A DNA stretch of 64,000 bases. Source: Pseudogymnoascus verrucosus (lineage: Eukaryota). A program made the translations under genes and the position numbers. Shown here piece by piece: positions 1 through 13,243 of the stretch (position 1 is its first letter; every line of letters starts with the position of its first letter). The stretch lies in assembly GCA_001662655.1 (NCBI GenBank), contig KV460216.1. One strand, given 5' to 3'. Below the pieces are notes generated by a model. That model ran no database searches and was not told the DNA's origin. It saw only the letters and a list, made by a program, of their open reading frames with translations.

Positions 1-1185
1 GCCAGTGGGACTTTGGGGGCGACATCATAAAATAAGCGCCGACTTCCGTGGAGCCGAATACCTGCCAGAGATCTGCATTGGTGTTGTTAACAATCCATTC
101 TCCAGTGCTAAAAGCCAATGGACCTGATATGTAGTGTTAGCAGTGACTTTCAAAATTTGTTCTTGCTCGGACAGGAGATCCATCCAGAGAGAACGATTAG
201 GCCTTGAAATTTATAACGTACCTCCCAGCCAGCATATATGTCGCAACGAACCCAGATATGGGCGTATCTCATCTCTGTACTCCGAGAATACAACATCGAA
301 CATGTTTGGAACCATGATGATGCCATCTAGTTCAATCCTCTTCGCAATTTCAACAACCATCTTTCCTGTCAGCGGACAAACTGGTGGGCCAATCACTGAA
401 ATTGCTGGGCAAAATATCGCATAGACGCCGAAGAATATTCCACTTAGATGGAAGAATGGAGTGGATGACAGAAATGGCTTGTTCTTTGCAATCATGCTGT
501 ATAAACTTAGCGACATTCGTCCTGGTATTGACGGGTTGCGGTAGGAAGCATCCGGAAAGGCCAAAACCTTATTTGTATAGTATATGGGCTTCGGGGCACC
601 TGTCGAGCCTGATGTATGTACTATCATGACAACATCATCTTTTGCTTCTTCCCAAGTCTTGGTGTATAAGTAAGGCTTAGACGGAGTATTTATCATTTCA
701 TCCAGGTCCGGAACTTCCACAATCCGCAGGCTTGCCACGAGGCTTTGCAGCTGGATGCACTGTTCCTTGCAATTGCCAGAGTAAAATACCATGCCACACT
801 TGGTGGCTTCAAGCAGCGACACTGTGTTTGGAAGGGCATTCTTAGGGCTTGGAAGAAGCAGCGGATGCCCGATCTTGATAGCAGCAATCTCCATGACCCA
901 ATATCTGAAGTCCTGGGTGCCGATATATGCAATCGTATGAGACAAGCTGGGTTGGGATTCTAGCCAGTGTGCAGTGTAGTTCACAGCTTGGGAGAGCTGC
1001 AAGGCCGTATATGAATTGAAGCCCTCGGATATATCAACCTTTGCAGACATTGCCAAAACATGGTTCGGGTCTGTAGATGCAAGGCCATCCAGGACTTGGG
1101 GAAGAAGCCTTGTCCCGTGACCGACTGTGTCGTTTTGGTCTTGAGGAGAAGAAGTGCCATTCGGGACGGAGGACGAGGAAGCCAT
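1..1185 (-). CDS. NRPS-like (carboxylic acid reductase-type) enzyme, N-terminal AMP-binding adenylation domain; 3' end runs off the window
   Basis: A3 motif HTSGSTGAPKPI, PFFHLSG and FGSTE after an intron (GTACGT donor ~221, CTAAC..CAG acceptor ~124); likely start MASSSS at 1185. Confidence 0.85.
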
Positions 1186-2057
1186 ACTGATCAATATTCC
1201 CCTGGGGCAATGAAGTAAATATCGAAAAAGAAATTGTTGGTCTTTCTCCTCAAAATATAATATCTCGTACATCTTAGTATCAGAGCGCAGGTTATTTTCT
1301 CTTTTACTACGTTTACTATCAGCCCATTTTTTGTCAGCTTACAGACTAAGAGCACCTTCTCATACGTACGTCGGTACGTATCTGTTCCCCGTGTATCATC
1401 GACCAAATCTACCACCAATATAATCTGTGAACCGGCGAACCGCCGAATCGCTTGGTAGTCTCCATGTTCTTCCGGGGAGGTCAAAAAGGCTAGTGAGTAC
1501 TAAAATCTCACAAGAGATCCCTTCGACTAAGGCGAACACAAGAGATCTTAGCGGCTGAGATGTTCGCCTTCTTTGCTCTAGTGTAACTTTACATCGTAGC
1601 TTTGCGCTGATACAAGCATTCCGTGATGACAAGACAACTTGTCTGCGCTTACGGCAATGGATGCTGACGTGAATCCGAATGCGACAGCAACACGCCTTGT
1701 GGTGTCATCCTCGCCTGGTTACCCCCGTTTGATGCTTCTTGAAGCCAATAGGGATTCGATTGATACCTTGGACGTCGGCTATGTGTTATATGATGTGTTT
1801 TTTGAGGCGTGCTCGGTCCATTGTGGAATCATTCCTTCGCTCTTCGGTGAAAATTCCGGCCTGGTGGACACAAAATCATATTTGGCATTATATTAACATA
1901 CCCCTCAAGTTACCATCCAAACTCCCCCCCCGATTACCCCTGTTATCTTATATACGTTACCCCTTCCATTCCCTCACCCCCCCCCCCCCCCCCGGGATCA
2001 TCGCCCCACTCGCACGTTGTCGGTATCACATTTCTCTTTCGGACAACTTCCCTCCCC

Positions 2058-3026
2058 CTAATGCTGTCCCGCCAACTCGTGCTTCGCCCTCGAATCCAAC
2101 TCAACCACATACCTACTATCCATCTCCGCCGGCACCGTCCCCGCCGGATAAAACTTCCCCTTCCCATCCCCCCCCACCACCCCCACACCCCCCGGCCTCC
2201 TCTGCCTCCGCAACACCATCCCCAAAGCAATCAAACTCGCCACCAAAGCCGCGCCCAGCACCGCTCCCACCGACGCCCCCACCACAGCCGTATTATCCTT
2301 CGGACACTCCTCTGCCGTCGTTCCGCTCTTGGTCTCGCTCACGGCTGTTGTCTGGCCCGCGGCGTCTAGCTTAACTGTTTTGGTTTCCGTCTCTGTTACT
2401 ACCACCGCACTGCCCGTCAGAGTCGTCGTCGCCCCGCCGCCTAGGACGGTACGTGTGATTGCCTTGGCGATCGGGAGGACGTCGCGTGGGTTTAGGGTGA
2501 TATGGGGGAGGGAACAGCATTTGTCGCCGTCGGGGCTGCAGCACCAGTTCGCGTCTTCGCAGGAGTGGAGGTTGTATGTGAGTGCGCCGGTATCTATCAT
2601 CCATCGTCAGTCCTTGTCCCCCCAAAAATCACGCCCTTAACCCCCCCCCCCACGCTCTGCAACAAAAACTCCCACGGAAAGAAAGGGGAGAGGAAACTCA
2701 CTTTTACAATAAGTCTGACAAGCAACATCCTTCCCCGTCGGATCCGTACACCCATACGCCACCAAAAGCTGCGCAATCGTATTCCCATCCTGACTATAGC
2801 ACAACCCCCCCCCAATACATATATCCGGCGGATCCTTGGTGAGGTTGCAGCATGCGACGTGGCTACCCGCTGGCAGATCCGCTTGGCATGGTTTGATGTC
2901 CGAGCTTTGGAGAGAGCCGTTTACGCCGTAGCATTTTTGGTCGTCTGCTGCTGTTGAGGGGCCGGCGGCGGAGAGGAGGAGGAGGAGGAGGCGCGGGATG
3001 AGGGCGGGGAGGTGGCGGCAGTGCAT
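2058..3026 (-). CDS. Single-pass cell-surface protein: signal peptide, Cys-rich ectodomain, Thr-rich stalk, Mid2-like TM helix
   Basis: Hydrophobic N-terminus LLLLLLSAAG, Cys-rich CC..C..GGLC..GCTDPT region, one intron ~2607-2702, TM AVVGASVGAVLGAALVASLIALGMVL followed by RRQRR. Confidence 0.75.
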
Positions 3027-3793
3027 TGTGAGGTCGCTGCGTGCGGTGGGATCGCGGGGTGGGTGGATTGATGGGTGAGCGAGCGACGGCGAGGAGGTTG
3101 AGGGTGAGGGCGCGATGGGGATAAAAAAGGCTCACGACGTCGGTCCAGCCATACCGTCCACCCTGTGTCACCGAACCCCGAACACGAGCTATTTCCAGCC
3201 ACCACCCGGGGTTAATTTTCCCACCCCTCAGCTCTCCCAATGGGGATTTTATGAAGGATTCTGATCTGCGAGGCTGAAGCCTCGGGTGCATAAATGACGG
3301 GTCTTGGCGAATCAGAAGATCGGGATAGTAGGGGTGGCCCGGATCCTTCATCTGGACTTTGCGGGACGATGAGGGGGTTGGGGGCTGTGATAGGTGGGTG
3401 TGGAGGGGGGTAATTCCACTGTGGGTTACGGCTGGACTGTGCGGGTAGGGCGATGACCGATCCGGGCCGTGGCGCAGGGGGAGCTGGATATAATTTGGAA
3501 TTTTTGTGGAATTTCTGAGCTTGGGATTTACTGAATAGATGGCATCGCTAGCATCGCTGAATGGGTATAGGCATAGTCGGTGAGCGGAGGAGAAGATGGG
3601 GTAGAGGCAGAAGGTTTGATATTGCGATCAATAGACGCCATGCGACAGCCGCTATGGAATGTGCGATATATCTCCCCTCCCCCCCCCAAAAAAAAAGCCA
3701 AGCAAGACTAAGCAAAGCCAAGCATACAGCTAGTCAAGCCAGCCAGATGTTAGAAATTATGTTTAAACCATTACTTCCTCCCCAACGACCACC

Positions 3794-5593
3794 TCAGTTC
3801 TCCCACCCCTCCACCCCCCTCTTCGCCCCCCTCCCCGGCTTCCCCACATACCACTCCCCCACCCACCCCTTAAGAATCTCAATCTCCTTATCCACCACCT
3901 TCTTCACCCCGGGATCAATATAGTTCTTCAGAATCAAATCACTACAATGGAACCCCCCCGGAATAATCTCCACCGGAATCTCCTTAGTGCTCTTCAGCGG
4001 CCCACCGGGCCTGAACTCGGACGACACACCGGCTGTGCGCCATGGGTCGAGTTCGCCGTTGACGTAGAGGAGGCGCTTGGACTTGCGGGGTGACCAGCCG
4101 GAGGTGTAGTGGTTGGTGAAGTCGACGGTGCGGCCAAAGGCGGAGTTGGGGGAGCCTTGGGAGGGGGGGAAGAAGAGCGCGCATTGGCGCTGCCAGTAGG
4201 CGGCGTTGATGTTGCGGGAGACGATGGTTTTGTGGTTTTTGGGGGCACCACTGGGGAGGGGAGTTAGTATATGTTTCGTAGCCTATTGGGGGGGGGGGAG
4301 GGTAAAACGTACTCTTGCCACCATCCGAATGGCTCATTGCACAACATCCACTGCCATTGACGATCAATAGCGTTTCCGACAGTGCGATCAGTGAACAGCT
4401 TGTTATCCGGGTTATAAGTATCATAGCACTCAATGGACGCTGGATCCTTGTAACCGAAAATCTGGCACGACTCAGGGAGGTAAACCTCCTTCACCCACTG
4501 CGCGTAGCCCTCGAGCGCCTTGACGACACCGACGCCTGCGACGCCGTGGTTGGTGGGCGCGCTGGTGGTGTTGGAATGGGCGCCCTCGACGTAGTCGCAG
4601 AATTCCGTCAGGGGGTGGGGGTTGTAGAAGTTGTTGGATTGTTCTTGCCATGGGCCGTATTCCAGGACACTGGGGTGGATTAGCTTTTGCTCGGTCTTTG
4701 TAAACTTGCTGCTGGGGGGACTCACCCAGAGAAATCATCATTCCTCAGCTTGCCCAATCCAAACTTATCCTTCAACGCCACCTGCTCCTTCTGCGAACCC
4801 TTCGCGAACACCTTATCGATGTACTCCACGACCTTTGACACATCCGAGCTGCAGTTCCTCGGCATCGCCTTCTCGACAGGCACAAAGTACTGCCAGTAAT
4901 CGTCAATGGCCTCGACTGGCGCACTGCTGGAATGGTACGCCCAGAAGGTACCGGGCGATACGGACTCGGTCCACGCGGAGAGTGAGCCGGCGTAGGATCC
5001 ACCCATCATGATCCATGGGGCGTGTGCGGCGTCCGATTTGTGCGACGGGTCGAAGGGGAGTTGCACGGTAGCAGCGATGCGCACGAAATCCGCGATGGAG
5101 TTGCGGAGAGTGAGCTGCTTCAGGTTGTGGCCGGTGAGGTCATCATAGGGGGAGGATTCGCCCCAGAAGCGGTCTTTGAGAGGCGAGTTAGTCACGGATT
5201 CTCAATTGGCAGTAAATGGGGAATTGGGGACGCACGCTCAACCATAACCACAGCGCCCTTAACCTCCTGCGCAAACTTCCCCGTCAGGGTCGCATTAGTG
5301 AGATATCCTCCATACCCGCCCGCGGCGGTCTCGCCGGGCGTGAAGAAGATAATTGGCGACCCCGGGCCGGCCCAATGCTCCGAGTTCCACCACACGCGCT
5401 GACCGAACGTGTCGCCGTGGGGCGAATCATGGTCGAGCAGCTGCGTGAAGACGAAATTGCCCGTTGAATTCGAGATGCGCGCCGCAGCAGCCGGTGGGAG
5501 CGGTACAGCCGGTGGCACGAGACGTGGGCGTTTAGCTGAAGCCGGGGTGAGGAGGGCCAACAGGCCGAGGCTGAGAGCGGCGGAGAGCTGCAT
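3794..5593 (-). CDS. Secreted serine carboxypeptidase, family S28
   Basis: Signal peptide; FTQLLDH, PIIFFTPGE, GGSYAG nucleophile motif, SSSAPV, WQWMLCNE, GGFHCSDL; spliced over four ORF segments. Confidence 0.92.
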
Positions 5594-7847
5594 TGTCGCA
5601 GTTGGTTGTGAGGGGATTGGAGGAAGGAGAGGAGAAGGGACAGAAGGAAACCAGGAGAGCAGCTCAAATCAACGAGCTTGCTGGACCTAGGTGCTTACCT
5701 CTCTTGTCGACAAACTGGGCACACGACGATTTATAAACAGGACCATGGCATGAGCAGCCTCGTGCTGGCGCCAGATCGGCACGGTCAGATCGGCAAGGTA
5801 AGACAGATGTCTCCTTCCAAAAGCATACCTTGCACGCCGAGGCTAGGGAGATTCCCTTGCTGCCCTGCCACCCTGCCACCCTGCCAGCCACTTTACCTTC
5901 CTTCCTGTTGCTATCCACCCAGCCACCCCTGTGTAGCTTAATGCGGGAATCTTGGAGTATTTTATCTCGGTCGTCGTAAATGCGACCTTCTACACCCGTT
6001 TCCGCACCCTAGATTGCCTAGGCATGGGCATGACAGTGGGACATTCCTCTTTCTGACCAGCGTCCCCCTCCCCTCACTGACATCGCCCGCTACTGCAGGT
6101 TTGCCAGGTATAGCACTCTCAATCCCTGTGTCCCTGTCTCTTCATCCCTGTGGAACGTTGCAGGTGCAGGCGCAGGCGTACGAGAATGCCATAGCAGCTG
6201 CTGATTGCGCGCCGGGTGATTTGCGATTGGCAGCGAATGTGGCAGGTGTAGATCGCTGTCTCGGGTGGGAATAGTCGTGTTGTGATAGTGGTGGATAGTG
6301 TTGTTATAGTGATCTTGGCGGGAGCGGGGCGGAGGGGCGGGGGGGGCGGAGGGGCGGAGAAGGCGGAGCTTGAAGGAGGAAGCTGGCTGTGATTGTGATT
6401 GTGGTTGTGATGCATGAATATGGAAAGTTATATTTATATTTTTGTATGTAAAGGGCATATATCTGCGTCTACACAGCATATACAATATTTTATTATTATT
6501 GTTATGATATAGCTTCACATTCTGACAGTTGCGTACTCTGTCTTGTATTTGCATTTGTCCCACTGTCCCCCCAGGTACCGAAACATTCCCAGGCACACCC
6601 GAGCCGTCGCCAGGAACAGGAACAGCCGCCACCCACTGCCTCATGCTGCTATAGAAACCATCCAACACCGTGGCTTGCTATAGAAAAATCAATAAGAACA
6701 CATCTCCACGAGCCTTTGCTATATATTATATATTGTCTGCTATACCTCATCCCATCCATTATAACCCCCCAAGCACAAACAACCTATATAAAAGGGTCAT
6801 TCACCACCGTTTTCACACTCTATCCGCTATCCCATACAATATTGATCATTTACCCACCGCCATCCCACCACCAAATAAACAACCCTCAATTCTACCCCGA
6901 TAATATCCAAAGTAGCCATTACAAACTCTCTCCCCTTTCCTCTAAAGCCACGAGATCCATATCTAGAATCCCCCTTACTATCCATTTTCCTTGGTATCGC
7001 GTACAACATCACACACGGCACAACTTCAAACGCAGTTCAACCCGTGTGTACCATACAAACATCTCAATCACCCCTCCCGGCCACCCTCCTCGAGCCGCCG
7101 AGAATTCAACCACCGTCCGCGCCTAGATCACACAGGTATACCAGCAATTTAGGGGATTAATTATATTGATTATGAGGGGGGATTCCATATCCCTCCCGAC
7201 TTCGCCGAGGCCGACGCGCATATACAGGGAGAAGAGGGGAGGGAGGGGATCCAGACGCGCCAAGGTATGCTGTACTATGTGACTTATATCACCAATCCCC
7301 CTCCCTTCCGACATTCCGACGACGCCGCCTTGCTTCTTCTCTCTTTACCCCGAGAAACTCCTCCTATCCCCCGCGGGTCTATTCTGTATCGATTCTTCGA
7401 CCTAGAACTTCTCCTCGGGCACAATCACGACCGTGCTAAACAGCGCGTTTACTTATCTCACCACCCACACACCTTCCCCATCTAGCACCCCTCCACCCCT
7501 AGCACGCTAGAACCCACAAACCCACCACATAAGCCCGCACAAGCACTACGAGCGCGCATAAGTGCCGATGGATAGCGGCGCGCGTGTACTAGAGCGAGAG
7601 GGGCAGGTGTTGGGGGTGTGTGTTTGTGCGTGCGTGCGGGGTTTGGGTGGTGTGCTGTGCAGTGTCCTGGGAGGAGGTGTAAGGTGGAAGGTGTGCTGTA
7701 CTGGTAGTGAGTCTGCGAGTGAGGGAGGGGAGAGTGAGGGGAAGGTGAGGAGGTGATGCTGGTGAGTTGTACGTGAACCAATCGTGATAACCCAGAGTAC
7801 GAGGGCAGGTGAGGATGTTGTGTCGATGCTCAGTTGGTGTATAGGCC

Positions 7848-7946
7848 AAGTCTAGGGCGAAGACGCCGAGAAGGAAGACGAAGTGTAGGGTGAAGACGGC
7901 GAGAAAGAAGACCAAGTCTAGAGTTAAGACGCCGAGGAAGAGCTGT
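7848..7946 (+). repeat. 33-bp tandem repeat, 3 copies
   Basis: AAGTCTAGGGCGAAGACGCCGAGAAGGAAGACG / AAGTGTAGGGTGAAGACGGCGAGAAAGAAGACC / AAGTCTAGAGTTAAGACGCCGAGGAAGAGCTGT. Confidence 0.85.
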
Positions 7947-8436
7947 AAGATGGGTGATGGGATACATGAGGCAAGGAGTACGACACAAGGAGACAGCAGT
8001 GACGCCAGTGACAACAGTGGTAGAGTGGTAATCGTTCTTTCTTTTCAATCCCCTCTCACGAACCCGGGCTCAGATCAATTAATCACTGGCCTGGCCTGAC
8101 TAGTTCTAGCTCTAGCTAGTCGGTATAAATAGACTATGAATAAGATCCCATCTCATCTCATCTCATTCCCTTGAGGTCTTCTCCAACATCTCTACGCATA
8201 CAGATATCAATCTTCGCTCACAGTCGCATACAGACTCCCATCTTTTTCTTTTCCCATCTCTTCCATTCCCATCCCATCCCATCTTTTCCTCCCAGACCCG
8301 TTCGCTTTTCCCAAAAAAAACATAAAAACCCATATAATAACCCCCAAACTGCCAGTCTTTCAATCTGTCCAGTCCAATTCATCTGCCTCTTCCTTCCCCC
8401 CAAAAAACGCCACCCACAAAACCCAAACACACCAAA

Positions 8437-10421
8437 CTAACTCACCGTCCTAATAAAATTCTGATACCGTTCCTCCTCCGACAACCCCTTCGGCGGCGCC
8501 TTCACCCTTGCCCCCCCGCCATTCACCTGATTCGCGCTCGTATTCCACAGCACCGCCTCCTCCCCCGTCTCCCTCTTCAGCTCCCTCTCCCTCTCCTCCT
8601 CCTTCTTTACTTCCTTCTCGCGTTCCCTCTCCCGATCCGTCACGCCCCGCTCGCGGGGTAGGCGCATAGCGAGTAATACGTACTCCCCCCTCGTCATCCC
8701 CTCCATCACCCCATCCATCCACCTCCTCACCTCCTCCTGCGGTCTCACCACACGCGCCAGACTCTCAAGCTGACGTCCCTGTCCCGTCCACAACCTCATC
8801 GTAACAGGCTGGTAGTAATCCAGCGCCGGATCATAACCCCCTCCCTCCCCAGCTGAGCCCTTCCTCACGATCAAGAAAGATGCGATCACCTGACCACCCG
8901 GCACGTATTCGAGAATGCTGTACTTAGGGAAAAGATACCTATCCCCGTTCCCCCCCACGAACTCGAAGACCACACACGAGAGCTCGGGTTTCGTGCTCAC
9001 GGGCCCCTTTGAGCGGAGTGCCTGCGGCTGAGGCGGCGCGCCATACGGCGACGCGTGCTGGAGCGGCTTATCATACGGTCGCGGCTGCGCGAGCAACGGC
9101 GGCGGTCCACCCTGTCTCTGCGCATGCGGCGGCAAGGGCTGCGTCCCAGTATGCTCCCATTTCGGCTGCACCTGATGCTGCCCCGGCATAGGCGGCTGCT
9201 GCGTCTGCAGCGGAGGCGGTGGTGCGGGGGAGGGTTGGGATTTGGGCGGTCCGCCGCGAGCGTTCAGGGCTTTGGTGAGCTCGTCGATGTGCGTCTGGAA
9301 GCGGCGCAGTTCGGCGGGCGTGGCTTTGCCGTCGGCGACGATGCGCATTAGGGCCTTGAGATCGGGGGATTTGGCGGCGCGCTCGGCGAGCATTTGGATT
9401 ACGGGGTCGAAGGTTTTGGCTGGGGGGGCGGGGGAGGGTGCGGGGTGGTGGTTGGGGTTGGAGGGGATGTGTGGCGGATGTGAGGGGTGTGAGGGGTGTG
9501 AGGGGTGTGATTGGGGGGTTGGGGGTTGTGATTGTGAGAGCGGTGGGGGCGGTTGTGGTTGAGTTTGTGGAGTTTGAGGATGTGGTTGCGAGATGAGCGG
9601 AGGTGGGGGGTGAGGGTGGCCGTTCAGAGGGGGTGGTCCTGCGGGTTGGCCTGTGTGTGTTGGTTCGGAAGGTCGCGTTGGTGTGTCTTGTGGCCTTGAT
9701 TGTGGTGGGTGTTGAGGATGTGGTGGTTGAGGAGGCGGAGCCGCATGCATTGGGACGAATTGCTGGTGAGGGGCCTGTGGTGGTGGTGGTGGCGGGTGTT
9801 GGGGAACGACACCATTAGGCGGTCCGTATTGCATGATGGGTCGATACTGCGGCAGCTGTTGTGGCGTCGGTGGCTGCTTCGGCGTCGTATCTTTGACAAC
9901 GTACATGATAGCGTCGAAGACGTGTGGCTCGATCGTAATTGTGCACTGTCCGATTTTCGTCATGGAGTCCTTGGGCGGGTTCTTGAGCTCCTCCACCGGC
10001 CGGCCATCCTTGGGTTTCTTCTTTGACGGCTTTGTCCAGTACTTCTCGAAGATGCCCTCGCTCAGCCACTTCCTCCTCGATCGATCCAGCGACTCGGCCA
10101 AGACGCGGCTGTTTCACAGAAAAAAGTCAGTATATCCGCACGCCAAGCTAATCGGCCATCCCCAAGGTGCATGCTTGCTTACCTCTCGGCAATGGACTGG
10201 TATTCGCTCGACGACAAGTCATCTGGTTGTTGCTGCTCGACAGTCGGCAGCGGCTTGCCCGGGACTATGCTCTTGGGAAGTGGTTCCTTCTCGACGACGA
10301 CGACAGGAACCGGGGTGGGTGGACGCGCAGGCTCGCGGGGCGGCGTCGATGTCCGCTTCTTGCTGGCGGCCTCGACGCGCGACGAGGTGCGGGCGGGGAG
10401 CTTGCGCTTCTTGCTCTCCAT
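8437..10421 (-). CDS. SWC3: SWR1-complex protein 3-like
   Basis: YQSIAE/S.VLAESLDRSRRKWLSEGIFEKYWTKP, DPVIQMLA..LKALMRIVA, and VVFEF..GDRYLFPKYSILEY blocks recognised from Pezizomycotina Swc3; Pro/Gln-rich linker; intron ~10109-10182. Confidence 0.7.
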
Positions 10422-11104
10422 TCTGTGAGCGGCCACGGCGGCTGCAGAAATCGGAGATGAGTGTTGGTGGTGAGTTGCGTTTTGGTGGTCTGGACGCGTC
10501 GGGGCAGTAGATGGAATGGCGGACGGCGGCCGTTGAATAAATTGCTAAACGAGGGTGAGGTGAGCTTGGCTTGGGTGCTGACGCCGCTTTGATTCGGCAG
10601 CCGAGATGCGCGGTTGTTCGCGACTACTCAACTTAGATAGTTCATTGATTTATTTCAATCAACGTGATAACAAGATTTGTCACGAATGCGTTGAAGTTGA
10701 GGAATTGTATTTATATATCAATCGGATTGATGTGCGTATTGTGTTGTATGTATCTCCATCTCCTGCACCTCTGCGTTTTATCTTCGCCTTCGGCGACACG
10801 CGGCCGCATGACAGTTTGCCTCGGGATTCGCTGTTTGCTTGTTTTATAATGCATTTCATGGCCACTTGTATGGTTTCTCTCGAATATTGGGATTACAACT
10901 ATGTTTGCCGGTTATTTGCCATTAATAGCTGCTGTCCGATGCCCTGTTCTCCTGCGCATGATCGTCGATGATGCTACACTAAGGCTTCTCTTTTGAAAAT
11001 CGATATCTATCGACCTTTCTAATACGTTGTACAGAGATACACGGACAAGTTGATTTTCGCCCCATCTCCTGGCGCGCCAGCCCTCGGGCTATCAACTGAG
11101 TCCG

Positions 11105-12537
11105 ATGCCTCCATCTACTTCTATATTTCACACCTCCCTCTTGGTCTTGGCAGGGACCGGGGCAATCTACGCCATCTGTCTTGGAGCCCTCACAAATCCA
11201 TTTATCCAGAGGCAGTAAGTCTACGCTCCTCTCTTCGAGTATTTGTCATCTCACTAAGTTGCATTGCAGCGCCTTGTATATGCACAAGTTGCATACAGCA
11301 TACTTTGAAGACCTCAACAAGCCCGAGCAATGGGGATTTGCTAGTAAGTAGAACGGCTCTATCTTCGACTGTCATTTCTGACGGATCCACAGACAACCAG
11401 ATTACCCCTTTCAATTTCACAACTCCGGATGGCGAGACTTTGTATGCATGGCACGTGATTCCACCGGGGTTGTACGCCAAGCACGAAGAGGAGATTCTTA
11501 AACAGCCATCTGGATTGGCGGAGGATATTACAAAGACGAAGGCATTTGCTCTCCTTACGGCTGATCCACGGGCCAGGCTTATTATCAGCTGTGAGTCCAG
11601 TGTGCCTTCCCCCATGGATGTGGCTATGCTAACCTATCACAGTCCATGGGGTCAGTAACACTGCTTAAACGGATAGACCCAACTTGCTAATAGACACTCA
11701 GAACGGCGGAACCGTTGCACAAGGCTGGAGGCCAGAAATCTACCGTACACTATCAGATGGTGGCACATCAATTTTCCATATCCTGGCAGTCGATTACCGC
11801 GGATATGGCTATTCAAGCGGGGTCCCCACTGAATCAGGCCTGATCACAGATGGAATCGCCACAGTCAACTGGGCGCTGAACGTTGCGAAGATACCCCCCA
11901 GCCGTATTGTCATCGTTGGCCACAGCCTCGGGACGGCAGTGACAGCAGCAACGGTTGAGCATTTCGCGGAGCAAGGCGTTAGTTTCGCGGGGGTGGTGGT
12001 GATAGCTCCGTTTGCCAGCCTCACTACATTGCTAACGAGATACTCTCCGGGGGGGCTGATACCGCTCTTCGGACCTGTGGGATGGGTCCCTGGGTTCGAT
12101 AAATGGTTCTTCAGCCTGCTTGTCGATAAATGGAACTCTGCACAGCGGGTGGCAAACATTGCAAGCATCAGCAAACGTCTGAAATTGTTTATTATTCACG
12201 CACGAAACGATTGGAATATCCCGTATACCCATTCAGTTTCTTGGTTTGCGGCTGCGGCCAATGCTGCAACTCCGGGGGCCTCGGATGTGTTTGTGGAGAC
12301 GAAGGCGTCTAATACTGTTCATGTGGGTGATGGTGGGTCAATAAGCACCTGGACGGCACCCGGAAAGTTTATCCAAGAGATTCTTGTGCCGAATGGAGGT
12401 AAGTTTGGCATGGGCTCGGGAATGAGGTAGTAAGGATATTGCTAACGTATCCAGGACATAATGTGGTGATGACATTGCCTCCGGTGGCGTTGGCGGTGTT
12501 GAAAGCGTTTGATATTGATGAAGAGAATGTGCTGTAG
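11105..12537 (+). CDS. ABHD12/Bem46-like alpha/beta hydrolase with N-terminal membrane anchor
   Basis: TPDGETLYAWH, (L)HGNGG, DYRGYGYS, GHSLG nucleophile, IHARND, terminal GHN; multiple GT-AG introns. Confidence 0.85.
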
Positions 12538-13243
12538 AAGTCGAATTGGGGGGCTTGAGATCGTGGTCTGGAATAGAATAGCTGGCTGTGCCCAAGTAAA
12601 GAACGTATAGTAAATACGTATATATACCCTTTATTACTACCTGCCAAAGTCAGCAATCCCTCCCCCCCCTTACAACCCCTATTTCTCAGGCCAACCACCG
12701 ACAGGCGAGGCAACCTTATAACCAAACTTAACTCCTCTTCATCTAAGCGGCACAGTGGCGCAGTGGAAGAACCACTGTCTGGACAATCTGGCCAGCGGAG
12801 GATAGATGAAAGGTTATGGATTCGAGACCCGGCGTGGAAAAGATGAAACCAAAAATGAGAAAGAGTTTGGAAACGAGCGATCAACACGACATGATGTAAC
12901 GACAAAAAGTAAAATCACAAAGATGATTTTCTCCCTTATCAAATCTCAATAATCGACGAGATTTGATAAGTCTTTTGCATTTTTAATATCTCCAATTCTA
13001 TTCTTTTTAAGTTCATTTCTCTCTCCTCTAATATTCTATGTAACTGCTCTTCATTGTGATTATCGTTCCAACGGGTTTGAAGCTATACTCTAAATTTTAG
13101 CCGTCTTGCTCCGAACCAATCACACAGCTCGGGTCCCTCAATTGAATTCATGCCTCAGGCGCTAAATAACCCCGCCGCCGTTGTACCTGCCACATTTATA
13201 TAAACACCATCCTCACTTCACCGTACAACAGCAACATCAAAAC

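Noticed and set aside
1739..2374. 211-aa Pro-rich + strand ORF
   Set aside because: Antisense shadow of the GC-rich membrane-protein gene plus a poly-C run; non-ATG start
1..5593. Secondary-metabolite gene cluster around the NRPS-like gene
   Set aside because: Neighbours in the window are not tailoring enzymes, transporters or regulators; the other flank is outside the window
6090..7126. Several 77-192 aa ORFs in low-complexity DNA
   Set aside because: Microsatellite-like composition, no recognisable motifs or consistent splice structure
7589..8014. Hydrophobic repeat ORF (LFLGVLTLDL/VFFLAVFTLHF) as a RiPP-precursor candidate
   Set aside because: Non-ATG start, no kexin sites or neighbouring tailoring genes; unit differences are non-synonymous in this frame
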